A stretch of DNA of 64,000 nucleotides from an uncultured Novosphingobium sp. (GCA_964561375.1 CAZLPK010000002.1:7106-71105), one strand, 5' to 3'. Shown: positions 40,049 to 49,618, numbered from the stretch's first letter. Notes: generated by a model not told the origin, from the sequence alone. Program-made: numbers and translations.

Positions 40049-40753
40049 TCAAACCGGCCAGAAGAAGTTTAGCGCATTCTCGCCAACACATTCCCCGTGC
40101 GGGTCGAAGCGCCGTTCGCTGATCTGGCCGTTCCCGTCAGCATCGATCAGCACCACGGTTGAGCAGCGCGTGCCGTAGGTCGGGTTGCGGATGAAGACCG
40201 AGGAAAAGGCATCTTCCGGATCGACCGATTCCGGCGTCTCATCGGCAAGGGCATCAAACAGGGTGGTGGCCGGCTTGTCTTCCGCCAGCCAGATCGCCAG
40301 CGCATCTTCCAGTTGTGCGGTCTTGAACCAGCGGTCGCCGCGGGCACCGTTGGACAGGCCGTGAATGCCGGGTTCCAGTTCCACTTCATGCGGATCGGGA
40401 TAGTTGGAGACGAATCGCAGGCTTTCCGGTCCCGCCAGCCACAGGTTGAACGGGTTCATCGCCTCGATCCCGTTTGGCGAAGCGCCTTGTAGCCAGTCAG
40501 TAATCAGCCGCCCGCGCGATGCCATGTCGGGCTTGGGATAGCCCGCCACCCGCAGGTTGGTGACCAGGCCAAAGCCGCTGCCGCTCACCCCCAGCCAGGT
40601 GCCGCCGGCCTGCAGGTCACGCCCGGCAATTACCGGACTATCCGGCCAGCGCGCCAAGGGAGCAGCCGCGCGGGCGTGGTATTCGTCGCGGTTGCCGATC
40701 ACCACCAGCTTCCAGCGCGGATCAGCCTGCCAGGCGATTGCGGCAACACACAT
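40049..40753 (-). CDS. NRDE (TANGO2/DUF833) family protein
   Basis: N-terminal MC, NRDE, GRDLQAGGTWLG, SRG, GLSN, YGTRCST. Confidence 0.92.
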   Translation of the reverse strand: MCVAAIAWQADPRWKLVVIGNRDEYHARAAAPLARWPDSPVIAGRDLQAGGTWLGVSGSGFGLVTNLRVAGYPKPDMASRGRLITDWLQGASPNGIEAMNPFNLWLAGPESLRFVSNYPDPHEVELEPGIHGLSNGARGDRWFKTAQLEDALAIWLAEDKPATTLFDALADETPESVDPEDAFSSVFIRNPTYGTRCSTVVLIDADGNGQISERRFDPHGECVGENALNFFWPV

Positions 40754-41444
40754 CAGACAAGCCCTTTCGCGCGTAGGCTCACATGGCCTTCCTTGCCGAT
40801 GATCACATGGTCGTGGAGCGTGATGCCCAGCAAGCGGCCCGCTTCGGCAATACGGTTGGTGATGGCAATGTCGGCGCGGCTGGGCTCGGGGGAGCCGGAC
40901 GGGTGGTTGTGGACCATGATCATGGCCGCTGCGCCAAGGTCGAGCGCCCTTTTCACCACTTCGCGCGGATGGATTGCCGCTTCGTCGAGCGAGCCTTCGG
41001 AGAGGATTTCATCGGCGATCAGCCGGTTTTCGTATCGAGGTAAAGCACCCGGACCCGCTCGTGATTCAGGTGCGCCATGTCGATGGTCAGATAGTCGATC
41101 AACGCCTGCCAGCTGGCCAGCACTGGTTGTTCCTGCACTCCGGTGCGGGCAAGCCGGCGGGTGGCAAGGGCAACGATCTTCAGTGCTGCGGCGCTGCTTT
41201 CGCCCATGCCGGGATGCCTGGTGAGGGCCGTGGCATCGGCATTGAATACGCCAGCCAGCCCGCCAAACCGGCTGAGCAGGCTTTTTGCCAGCGGCTTTAC
41301 GTCCTTGCGCGGGATGGCCATCATCAGCAGATATTCCACCACCTCATGGTCGGCCAGCGCGCCCTCTCCGCCACTCAGCAGGCGCGCGCGCAGGCGAGCC
41401 CGGTGTCCGGAGCCGTGATGCACTTCGCGCGTTTCGTCTGCCAA
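40753..41444 (-). pseudogene. radC: RadC/JAB-domain protein, frameshifted (or sequencing indel)
   Basis: N-half [28 protein letters not shown] and C-half [35 protein letters not shown] lie in different frames, with the break at the A4 run 41027-41030. Confidence 0.88.
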
Positions 41445-41517
41445 GCGGCGCCCCCTGACGGATGTCGTCGTTCAATCCATTGCCTTTCGCGAGGCGGGGG
41501 CGCAAGTGTAGCCGTAT

Positions 41518-44500
41518 ATGTCCGAGCCTGAGGTCGAACTCTCTGAACCAGAAGCAGAAGCTTTCGCCTCGCCTCGGCGGCGCTGGCTGCGCCGTGCCTT
41601 GGCCACGTTCGGGCTGATCCTGCTCGTATTGCTTGCCGTGGTCTGGCTGGCGCGAGAGCGAATCGCCAATTCGATCATCGCCGGGCAACTGGAAGACCTG
41701 AATATTCCCGGCACCTATGAAATCGAATCGATCGGGCCGCAGCAGCAGATCATTCGTAACCTGGTGATCGGAGACCCGCGCCGCCCCGACCTGACCATTG
41801 CCCGCGCGACTGTTTCCTTCGAGCCGCGCTTTGGCATTCCGGTGCTGGGCACGGTGCGGCTGGAGGGCATGCGGCTTTACGGCACATACCGGCAGGGCAA
41901 GCTCAGCTTCGGGCGGCTCGATCCGGTGATTTTTGGCAAACCGACTGCTAAGGAGGGGCAGGGCCTGCCCGATCTAGGCCTGACGCTGGTCGATGCGCGG
42001 GCGCGGATTGTGGGCGACTTCGGAGTGGTGGGCCTCAAGGCAGAGGGCAGCGGCAACCTGCGGAGCGACTTTGCCGGAACTGTCGCGGCCTACGCCCCGG
42101 CGCTTAACTTCGGCGAATGCAGTGCGGGGCGGGCGACGGCTTTCGGCAGGGTCAAAAGCGCGTCCGGCGGCGCGGCCTTTACCGGACCATTGCGGCTGTC
42201 TGGCCTGACCTGCGGCGCAAAAGGCGCAAGGCTGGCCGGCGCAACGCTGGAACTTGATGCCAGCACGGGCAAGGCCTTCGATAATGCCAAAGGCACTTTT
42301 GCGCTTTCCGCGCGTCAGCCCGGTTGGGGCGGAGTGGGCGCGGATTCGCTCAGCGGTAAAGGGCGCTTTTCCTTTGCGCAGGGCGATCTGGTCGCATCCT
42401 ATCTGCTGAGCGGTGGCGAGGTGGGCCTTGGCGGTGCAGGCATCGGCACGCTGGCGGCAGAAGGCACCTTGCGCAGCCATGACAACCTGGCGCGAATCGA
42501 GGGTGAGGGGAAACTGCGCGCCAGCGAGTTGCGCGGTGGCCTGGCCCTGATCGGCGGTCTTGCCCGTCTCGAAAAGTCGGGCGAGGGGACTTTGCTGGCC
42601 CCCTTGGCGCGCCAGTTGCGCACCAGCCTTGGCCGGGAAGAGCGCGGCTCGCGCTTTGTGGGCGATTATTCGGTCCGGCAGAACGGCGCGGTCACGCAAG
42701 TCATGCTCCCCAATGCGGAACTGACCGGCGGCAGCGGCGCGCGTCTGATTGCCTTCAACCGATTCGCTCTGGTCCTCGGCATGGATGGCGGGCCGCGCGT
42801 TTCGGGCCGGTTTGCGACCGGTGGGGCGGGGCTGCCGCGAATCGAAGGGACGGCCCAGCACGCGAATGGCGGGATGGAAGCCCGCTTGCGCATGGCCGAA
42901 TACCGCGCCGGGGATAGTGCAGTTGCCTTGCCGGACCTGCGCGTGGTGCAATTGCCGCGCGGACAGCTTGGCTTTGCCGGACGAGCCATCGTCTCAGGAG
43001 CGCTGCCGGGCGGTGAAGTGCGGGCGCTGAATATTCCAATTGATGGCAACTGGTCGCAGCGCGGCGGTCTGGCGATGTGGCGCGGCTGTACGCCGGTATC
43101 CTTCGATGCGCTTTCCATTGGCAGTCTGACCCTGACCGGGCGCGGACTGACGCTTTGCCCGGGCCGCTCCCGCGCCATCGTGCGCAGCGATGCGGGCGGC
43201 CTGCGGATCGCGGCAGGCACTGCAGGGGTCAATCTGGCCGGGACGATTGGCACCACTCCGATTCGCCTGCGCAGCGGCGCAATCGGAGCGGCCTGGCCGG
43301 GAGCCTTGGCGCTGCGCAATCTGGATGTCTCGATGGGGCCAGAAGACCGCCCCAGCACGATCAAGGTCGCGGCCTTTACCGGACGGCTGGGCAATGTCGT
43401 GACCGGGCGATTCTCCGGTACGGAGGTGAAGCTGTTCGCCGTGCCGCTGGATATAACCGAGGCGGAGGGCGACCTGCGCTTTGCCAGCAGTGTGCTCGAC
43501 CTATCCGGCGCGACGCTGAAAGTGAGCGACCGGGCCACGCCTAGCCGGTTCTACACCCTGCTGGGCCGCGATGCGAAGCTGCGGCTTGCGAACAATGTCA
43601 TCACCGCCGAAGCCCTGCTGCGCGAGCCGAAAAGCGACCGCGAGGTGGTGCTGGCCGATATTGTCCATGATCTTGGCACTGCGACCGGCCATGCCGACCT
43701 GAAAGTGGCGGGCATCCTGTTCGACAACAAGCTGCAGCCCGATACGCTCAGCTATTACGCCAGCGGTGTGATCGCCTTGGCCAAGGGGACGGTCACCGGC
43801 ACGGGCCGGATTGACTGGAACGAGCAAGAGGTGACCAGCACGGGCCGTTTCAACAGCGACGGGCTTGACTTCGCCGCCGCCTTCGGACCCGTAAAGGGGC
43901 TGAAAGGCACGGTGGTCTTTACCGACTTGCTGGGCATGGTGACTGCACCTGACCAGCGGATGCAGATCGGCTCGATCAACCCCGGTATCGAAGTGTTCGA
44001 CGGCACCCTGTCGTTCCAGCTGGAGCCGGACCGTCTTTTGATCGTGAACGGCGCGCAATGGCCGTTCGTCGACGGCACCCTGAAATTGCTGCCAACCCGC
44101 ATGATCCTCGGCAATGCCGAAGTGCGGCGTTTCACGCTCAAGCTGGAAGAGGCCAATGCGGCCAAGTTCGTTCAGGAACTCGACATGGCGAACATTTCCG
44201 CGACCGGCGTGTTCGATGGCACCCTGCCACTGGTTTTCGATGAAGAGGGCGGGCGGATCGAGGGCGGCCTGCTGATCTCGCGCCCGCCGGGCGGAAATGT
44301 CTCCTATGTCGGGGAACTGACCTACAAGGACCTCTCGGCCATGGGGAATTTCGCCTTCCAGACCCTGCGCAGTCTGGACTTCCGCCGGATGGAAGTGGGC
44401 ATCGACGGCAAGATCGACGGCGACATCGTCACCAACATGCGTTTCGAAGGCGTGCGGCAGGGGCCGGGGGCGAAGCGCAATTTCCTCACGCGCCAGCTTG

Positions 44501-44775
44501 GCAATCTGCCGATCCGCTTCAACGTGAATATCCGCGCGCCGTTCTATCAACTGGTGACCTCGTTCAAGTCGCTCTACGATTCGTCCTATGTCCGCGATCC
44601 GCGCAGCCTGGGCCTGATCGACGCGCAGGGAAATGCCACGCAGCGTCCCGGCATTCCGGTCAGTCCGGACCAGCAAGACCTTCCGCCGATCAAGCCGGTC
44701 GCGCTCCCCCCACAGCCTGCACCGGGGCAGAAAACAAAAGACATTCAGGATTCAGACAGCAGGAATAGTCCATGA
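41518..44775 (+). CDS. ydbH: YdbH-domain (AsmA-like) intermembrane protein
   Basis: N-terminal TM, long Gly-rich beta protein, ATGVFDGTLPL, GGNVSY, RFNVNI; followed by ynbE and ydbL homologs. Confidence 0.82.
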   Translation: MSEPEVELSEPEAEAFASPRRRWLRRALATFGLILLVLLAVVWLARERIANSIIAGQLEDLNIPGTYEIESIGPQQQIIRNLVIGDPRRPDLTIARATVSFEPRFGIPVLGTVRLEGMRLYGTYRQGKLSFGRLDPVIFGKPTAKEGQGLPDLGLTLVDARARIVGDFGVVGLKAEGSGNLRSDFAGTVAAYAPALNFGECSAGRATAFGRVKSASGGAAFTGPLRLSGLTCGAKGARLAGATLELDASTGKAFDNAKGTFALSARQPGWGGVGADSLSGKGRFSFAQGDLVASYLLSGGEVGLGGAGIGTLAAEGTLRSHDNLARIEGEGKLRASELRGGLALIGGLARLEKSGEGTLLAPLARQLRTSLGREERGSRFVGDYSVRQNGAVTQVMLPNAELTGGSGARLIAFNRFALVLGMDGGPRVSGRFATGGAGLPRIEGTAQHANGGMEARLRMAEYRAGDSAVALPDLRVVQLPRGQLGFAGRAIVSGALPGGEVRALNIPIDGNWSQRGGLAMWRGCTPVSFDALSIGSLTLTGRGLTLCPGRSRAIVRSDAGGLRIAAGTAGVNLAGTIGTTPIRLRSGAIGAAWPGALALRNLDVSMGPEDRPSTIKVAAFTGRLGNVVTGRFSGTEVKLFAVPLDITEAEGDLRFASSVLDLSGATLKVSDRATPSRFYTLLGRDAKLRLANNVITAEALLREPKSDREVVLADIVHDLGTATGHADLKVAGILFDNKLQPDTLSYYASGVIALAKGTVTGTGRIDWNEQEVTSTGRFNSDGLDFAAAFGPVKGLKGTVVFTDLLGMVTAPDQRMQIGSINPGIEVFDGTLSFQLEPDRLLIVNGAQWPFVDGTLKLLPTRMILGNAEVRRFTLKLEEANAAKFVQELDMANISATGVFDGTLPLVFDEEGGRIEGGLLISRPPGGNVSYVGELTYKDLSAMGNFAFQTLRSLDFRRMEVGIDGKIDGDIVTNMRFEGVRQGPGAKRNFLTRQLGNLPIRFNVNIRAPFYQLVTSFKSLYDSSYVRDPRSLGLIDAQGNATQRPGIPVSPDQQDLPPIKPVALPPQPAPGQKTKDIQDSDSRNSP

Positions 44776-45041
44776 AGAGCGATGAATTGACCAACCGCGC
44801 CCGGCTTGCGAAAGACTTGCCCATGCATCTTGGCAAACTTGGGAAACGGCGGTCAGGCCAGCGCGGAATCGGGCTGGTCATGGTGGTGGGCAGCGCGCTG
44901 GCGCTTGGCGGGTGCGTTTCGGTCAAAGCGCCGGACAAGCCGATCGTGATCGAGCTGAACATCAACATCAAGCAGGAGGTCGTCTATCGGCTCGCGGCGG
45001 ATGCCAAGAACACGATTGACGAGAACTCCGGCATTTTTTGA
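44772..45041 (+). CDS. ynbE: YnbE-family lipoprotein
   Basis: LGGC lipobox then VSVKAPDKPIVIELNINIKQEV; exact start uncertain. Confidence 0.82.
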   Translation: MKSDELTNRARLAKDLPMHLGKLGKRRSGQRGIGLVMVVGSALALGGCVSVKAPDKPIVIELNINIKQEVVYRLAADAKNTIDENSGIF

Positions 45042-45050
45042 GGATCTGTC

Positions 45051-45470
45051 ATGGTGAAGAAGCTTGTCCCTATGGCCGCAAAGGCATCGTTCCTGGCTTT
45101 GGCTGCCGGGATTGTCGTGCTGGGTGCTACGGCGCTGTCGGCCCCTGCGGCTGAGGCCCAGACCCGCGATCCGGCCTATGCCGCCGCGCGCGCAGCCGGT
45201 CAGGTGGGTGAAAAGGCGGATGGCTATCTGGGCTATCCGGTCCCGCCCAGTGCAGAGATTCGCCGCATGGCCGAAGATATCAACATCAAGCGCCGCGCGG
45301 TCTATGCGCAAAAGGCGCAGGAACAGCACGCCACGGTGGAAGATTATGCTTTTACCTCGGGCTGCCTGCTAATTTCGCAGACCAGGGCGGGGGAAAAGTA
45401 TCAGGCCCCGAACGGAAGCTGGGAAACCCGCACCAGTGCGCCGCCGCTGCGCGATAGCCGCTGCCCGTAA
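45051..45470 (+). CDS. ydbL: YdbL (DUF1318) family protein
   Basis: AARAAGQVGEKADGYLG, DINIKRRAVY, GEKYQ..G.W. Confidence 0.85.
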   Translation: MVKKLVPMAAKASFLALAAGIVVLGATALSAPAAEAQTRDPAYAAARAAGQVGEKADGYLGYPVPPSAEIRRMAEDINIKRRAVYAQKAQEQHATVEDYAFTSGCLLISQTRAGEKYQAPNGSWETRTSAPPLRDSRCP

Positions 45471-45507
45471 GGGCTCCGTAGGCCCACTTAGGCCGGGTTT
45501 AAGACAC

Positions 45508-45541
45508 AGCCTCTCCGCAAGTCCCTGCGGAGAGGCTTTTT
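45508..45541 (+). terminator. Terminator of the ydbH-ynbE-ydbL operon
   Basis: AGCCTCTCCGCA-AGTCCC-TGCGGAGAGGCT followed by T run. Confidence 0.82.
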
Positions 45542-45640
45542 CGTGCCGGTTGACTTGGTGTGCTGGCCTGCTAAGGGGTCCGCGCCCTCGGCGGGCAACT
45601 GGTGTGCGTGCCCTGAGTTTCCTTATGGGAGGAGCAAGGC

Positions 45641-45970
45641 ATGAACGACGAGAAACCTGTCCGGGAACCCATTGGCGATGATGCGCGGATCGACGCGCTC
45701 GAAGCGCGGCTTGCTGCCGCACGCGAGCGGGAAGCCCAGCGTAACAAGCCGGTCGGAGGCGCAGAGGCCGATGCGAATTATCGCTTGGGCAACCGCGTCC
45801 TCGCCGAATTGATCGGGGGTATTGGTGGCGGTGTATTTATCGGCTGGGTCATTGATCGGGTCGCGGGAACATCGCCTTGGGGCCTGCTGGTTGTGATGAT
45901 CCTCGGGATCGTCGTTTCCTTCAGGAACATTATCAGGATGTCGACGCCACGGTCCGATCAGGGGTCGTGA
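45641..45970 (+). CDS. atpI: ATP synthase protein I (AtpZ/AtpI)
   Basis: ELIGGI, GWVIDR..GTSPWGL; first gene of the F0 operon. Confidence 0.88.
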   Translation: MNDEKPVREPIGDDARIDALEARLAAAREREAQRNKPVGGAEADANYRLGNRVLAELIGGIGGGVFIGWVIDRVAGTSPWGLLVVMILGIVVSFRNIIRMSTPRSDQGS

Positions 45971-46007
45971 CCGGGGCACCAGACCGATTTTGAAAGAGGC
46001 AGGACTC

Positions 46008-46796
46008 GTGGCAGCCGAACAGGCAAAAGTCGATCCCATGCACCAGTTCTCGATCGAGCCGTTGTTCGGCACCGATCACTGGTCGATCGCGGGCTACTCC
46101 ATCCCCTTCACCAATTCCGCGCTGTGGATGGCTATCACCACGGTTGCCCTGCTGGTCTTCGTGGCCGGCGGGATGAAGCGGCAGCTGGTTCCGGGGCGGT
46201 GGCAGATGGCGGTGGAAGGCTTCACCAGCTTCATCGATAACCTGCTTGCGGCCAACATTGGCCCGGCCGGCAAGAAGTATGTGCCCTACATCTTCTCGCT
46301 GTTCATGTTCATTCTTTTCGCCAATCTCCTCGGGCTCATGCCCCTGATGCTGGTTGGCATCCATCCGTTCACCCCGACCAGCCACTTCACCGTTACCGGC
46401 GTTCTGGCGATCCTGTCGTTCTCGATCGTGCTGATAGTCGGGTTTTGGCGTCATGGTCTCCATTTCTTCTCGCTGTTCGTTCCGCATGGCACCCCCTGGT
46501 GGCTGCTTTGGCTGATCCCGATCATCGAAGTCGTTTCGTTCCTCGTTCGTCCCTTCAGCCTCGCGCTTCGTCTTTTCGTCGCGATGATGGCCGGACACGT
46601 GCTACTGGAAGTGCTGTCGAGCTTTGTGATCGACGCTGCCAATGCCGGTCCGCTGTGGGGCGGCGTGGTTGGCCTGCCCAGCTTCATCCTGATGGTCGCG
46701 ATCTGCGCACTGGAATTGCTGGTCGCGGGCATTCAGGCCTACGTTTTCGCGCTGCTGACTTCGCTGTATCTCAACGACGCGGAAAATCTGCACTAA
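46008..46796 (+). CDS. atpB: F0F1 ATP synthase subunit a
   Basis: DPMHQF, FTNSA, VPGRWQ, RPFSLALRLF, IQAYVF. Confidence 0.97.
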   Translation: MAAEQAKVDPMHQFSIEPLFGTDHWSIAGYSIPFTNSALWMAITTVALLVFVAGGMKRQLVPGRWQMAVEGFTSFIDNLLAANIGPAGKKYVPYIFSLFMFILFANLLGLMPLMLVGIHPFTPTSHFTVTGVLAILSFSIVLIVGFWRHGLHFFSLFVPHGTPWWLLWLIPIIEVVSFLVRPFSLALRLFVAMMAGHVLLEVLSSFVIDAANAGPLWGGVVGLPSFILMVAICALELLVAGIQAYVFALLTSLYLNDAENLH

Positions 46797-46843
46797 GTTC
46801 TTGAATAGTCATCCCAACACGGATTTTTAAAGGAGTTACGGAA

Positions 46844-47071
46844 ATGGACGCTGCAAGCGCAAAGATGATTGGTGCCGGTCTTGCCGCCATTGGTGCCGGC
46901 CTCGCCTCGATCGGCGTGGGTAACGTTTTCGCCAAGTTCCTCGAAGGCGCTCTGCGCAACCCGGGCGCTTCGGACAGCCAGCAGGGCCGTCTGTTCATCG
47001 GCTTCGCCGCCGCCGAACTTCTGGGCCTGCTCTCGTTCGTCATCGCGATGATCCTGGTCTTCGTCGCCTAA
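46844..47071 (+). CDS. atpE: F0F1 ATP synthase subunit c
   Basis: IGAGLAAIG, LRNP, GFAAAE. Confidence 0.97.
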   Translation: MDAASAKMIGAGLAAIGAGLASIGVGNVFAKFLEGALRNPGASDSQQGRLFIGFAAAELLGLLSFVIAMILVFVA

Positions 47072-47153
47072 GACCAACGATTGACTGACCAACCGGTTTC
47101 GCGCCCGCTCCAATAAGTGGAGCGGCGCGGGCCGGGTAGATGCGGACGCCACG

Positions 47154-47645
47154 ATGCCTCAGATTTCCCAGCTTGCCGCAACCTATGCCAGCCAGATCTT
47201 CTGGATGCTGGTGTTCTTCGGCTTCATCTTCTTCGTCATTGGCCGCGGCATGGTGCCCAAGGTGATGGCGACCGTTGAAGCACGCGACAAGCAGATCGCC
47301 GACGATCTCGCTGCTGCCGAAGCTGCCCGCAAGGCTGCTGACGAGCAGGAAGAAGCCTGGCGCGTCCGGTCGAACGCCCAGCGCGCCCAGGCCCAGGCTC
47401 TAATCGCAAAGGCAAAGGCTGATGCCGCTGCCGCCAGCGAAAAGAACCTGACCAAAGCGACTGCCAAGATTGACGCCCGTCTGGCCGAAGCCGATGCTCG
47501 CATCGCCGAAGCCCGCACCGGTGCGCTCAAGGAAATTGAAGCCGTCGCTGCCGAAGCAGCGGGAGACATCGTCGCCCGCCTGACCGGTGCGAAGGTTGAC
47601 GCCAAGGCAGCTTCTGCTGCTGTTAAGGAGGCGCTCAATGGCTAA
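47154..47645 (+). CDS. F0F1 ATP synthase subunit b'
   Basis: MPQ..YASQIFW, TM then Ala-rich coiled coil. Confidence 0.92.
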   Translation: MPQISQLAATYASQIFWMLVFFGFIFFVIGRGMVPKVMATVEARDKQIADDLAAAEAARKAADEQEEAWRVRSNAQRAQAQALIAKAKADAAAASEKNLTKATAKIDARLAEADARIAEARTGALKEIEAVAAEAAGDIVARLTGAKVDAKAASAAVKEALNG

Positions 47646-48198
47646 TTTCAGCCTGCTAGCCGCAGCCGCCGAACATGGCGCTGAAGCAGCCGCGCATGGC
47701 GCCGGACACGCCGAGCCGATGGCTTTCGGTTTTGTGACCCCGGGGATGTGGGTGGCCTTGGCCATGACCACGTTGATCCTGATCCTGGTCGCCAAGAAGG
47801 TTCCGAGCCTGATCACATCTGGCCTCGATTCCTCAATTGCCCAGATCCAGAAGCAGCTGGAAGAAGCCAAGGCCCTGCGTGCCGAAGCTGAAGCCCTGCG
47901 CAAGGAATATGCCGACAAGATCGCTGGCGCCGAAAAGGAAGCCGCGGACATGCTCGAGCATGCCAAGAGCGAAGCCGAAGCCATTGTTGCCAAGGCTGCT
48001 GAAGATACCAAGGCCCTGATCAAGCGCCGCGAGAAAATGGCTGAAGACAAGATCGCCGCCGCCGAGCGCGGTGCGATTGACGAACTTCGCGCCAAGACCG
48101 CTGCCGCTGCCGCAGGTGCCGCGCAGACCCTGATTGCCGCGAAGCACGACGCCTCGGCCGACAAGGCCCTTGTCGACGAGGCTATTGCCGGCCTTTAA
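47638..48198 (+). CDS. atpF: F0F1 ATP synthase subunit b
   Basis: WVALAM, KVP, QLEEAKALRAEAE, AEDKIAAAE. Confidence 0.92.
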   Translation: MANFSLLAAAAEHGAEAAAHGAGHAEPMAFGFVTPGMWVALAMTTLILILVAKKVPSLITSGLDSSIAQIQKQLEEAKALRAEAEALRKEYADKIAGAEKEAADMLEHAKSEAEAIVAKAAEDTKALIKRREKMAEDKIAAAERGAIDELRAKTAAAAAGAAQTLIAAKHDASADKALVDEAIAGL

Positions 48199-48220
48199 GG
48201 TTTTTTCCAGTTGGAGAGGG

Positions 48221-48250
48221 AAAGGGCGGCCCGTTGAGGCCGCCCTTTTT
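48221..48250 (+). terminator. Terminator of the F0 operon
   Basis: AAAGGGCGGCC-CGTTGA-GGCCGCCCTTTTT. Confidence 0.85.
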
Positions 48251-48274
48251 CGTTGGTGCGGTTGGTGGAACAGG

Positions 48275-48622
48275 CTTCGACAGGCTCAGCCTGGGCGGGT
48301 TGGGCTTTGGCCTTTCGAAGGTGTTCCGCGCGCGCGTCCACTCTCAGTGCAAATCTACCTGGATTGCTTCGCTTCGCTCGCAATGACGAAGCTGGGCGTT
48401 GTTCCCTCGTCATTGCGAGGAGTGCAGCGACGAAACAATCCAGTGGCAAAACGCAGAATTCCTTAACCGACGACTCCGTCGTCTCCGGCTCGACCGGGGA
48501 CCACTGGCAAGGCAACGGCCGCCTAGCCGGCTATCGATCCCCGCTTTCGCGGGGATGACGATGAGGAGGGTTGAGAGTGTTGTCGGTGCTTCTCGCACTC
48601 GCTCACCCTGAGCCCGTCGAAG
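48275..48622. repeat. Mosaic of three palindromic repeat families (A pair enclosing a B pair and family-C doublet copy 4)
   Basis: A 48275-48298 and 48599-48622; B 48360-48388 and 48408-48442; C 48477-48502 and 48536-48560. Confidence 0.9.
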
Positions 48623-48643
48623 GGTGCTGGTCCTGACTACCCC

Positions 48644-49618
48644 TCAAGGCTCCAGCACGATCTTCCCGACAATTTGCCGCGCTGCCATTGCCTCGTAGGC
48701 TTCGCGCCAGCGTACCAGTGGAAGGGTGCGGTCTATGTGCGGATTGAGCCTGCCATCGGCTGCCAATGTCGCAACTGCTTCGCGAATGGCGCGGCCCCGG
48801 TCCGGGAAGCGTCTTGCATATTCGCCAGCGCGGACGCCCATGACGGAGAAGCCCTTGATGAGCGGAATGTTGGTCGAGATTTCGGCAATCCTGCCACCAG
48901 CAAACCCGATGACCAGCAGCTTGCCGCCAAAGGCGACGCAGCGGGTGCTTTCGTCGAAGATGTCACCACCAACCGGGTCATAGACCAGGTCGCACAGCTT
49001 GCCGCCGGTCAGTTCGGCCACCTGTTCGCGAAACCGTCCCTCGGCCAGGATCACGGCATCGGCATCGCTGGCGGCGCGCAGGCGCTCTACTTTCGCTGGT
49101 GTGCCGGTGGTGGCAATGACATGGGCGCCCAGCCGCTTGGCCAGTTCAACTGCCGCCAGTCCAACGCCGCCGCTGGCCCCGTGGATCAGCACCCATTGTC
49201 CAGCCTTCAGGCCGCCGATTTCGACCAGACCGGTGTAGGCGGTGCCATAGGCTGCGCCCAAGGCTGCTGCAGCGGGAAAGCTGATGCCATGGGGCATCCG
49301 GCTGAGCGAGCGGGCAGGGACGCAGGCATATTCGGCAAAGGCACCGGTCTTGTTCCCGCCATAGACCTGATCGCCGGCAGAAAAGCCGCTGTCTGCATCG
49401 GCCTCAATCACTTCACCAGCGAATTCCAGGCCTGAAATGAAGGGCAGCTCCGGCTTTAGCTGATACTCACCCTTGGTCATCAGCAGGTCGGGAAAGTTCA
49501 GAGATGCTGCGCGGACTTTGACCAGCACTTCGCCGGGCTTTCGTTCGGGCTGAGGTACGTCGGCCAGAGCCACTCCGGACAGGTCCGGCGACAGGGTGCT
49601 AACGACAAGCGCTTTCAT
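48644..49618 (-). CDS. NADPH:quinone oxidoreductase (zeta-crystallin/MDR family)
   Basis: SLNFPD, GEYQ, PFISGLEFAG, HGASGGVG, YDPVGG, GFAGG. Confidence 0.92.
   Translation of the reverse strand: MKALVVSTLSPDLSGVALADVPQPERKPGEVLVKVRAASLNFPDLLMTKGEYQLKPELPFISGLEFAGEVIEADADSGFSAGDQVYGGNKTGAFAEYACVPARSLSRMPHGISFPAAAALGAAYGTAYTGLVEIGGLKAGQWVLIHGASGGVGLAAVELAKRLGAHVIATTGTPAKVERLRAASDADAVILAEGRFREQVAELTGGKLCDLVYDPVGGDIFDESTRCVAFGGKLLVIGFAGGRIAEISTNIPLIKGFSVMGVRAGEYARRFPDRGRAIREAVATLAADGRLNPHIDRTLPLVRWREAYEAMAARQIVGKIVLEP

Noticed and set aside
41019-41035. Programmed -1 frameshift in radC
   Set aside because: There is only an A4 run, with no canonical slippery heptamer or clear stimulator, and radC is not known to be recoded.
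48134-48611. Short ORFs across the repeat mosaic (also 39927-40178 and the ORF-track N-terminal extension of purB)
   Set aside because: They are translations of palindromic repeats with no SD or protein-like features.
48275-48622. Repeat cluster as a CRISPR array
   Set aside because: The units are inverted palindromes of different families, not identical direct repeats with unique spacers, and there are no cas genes.
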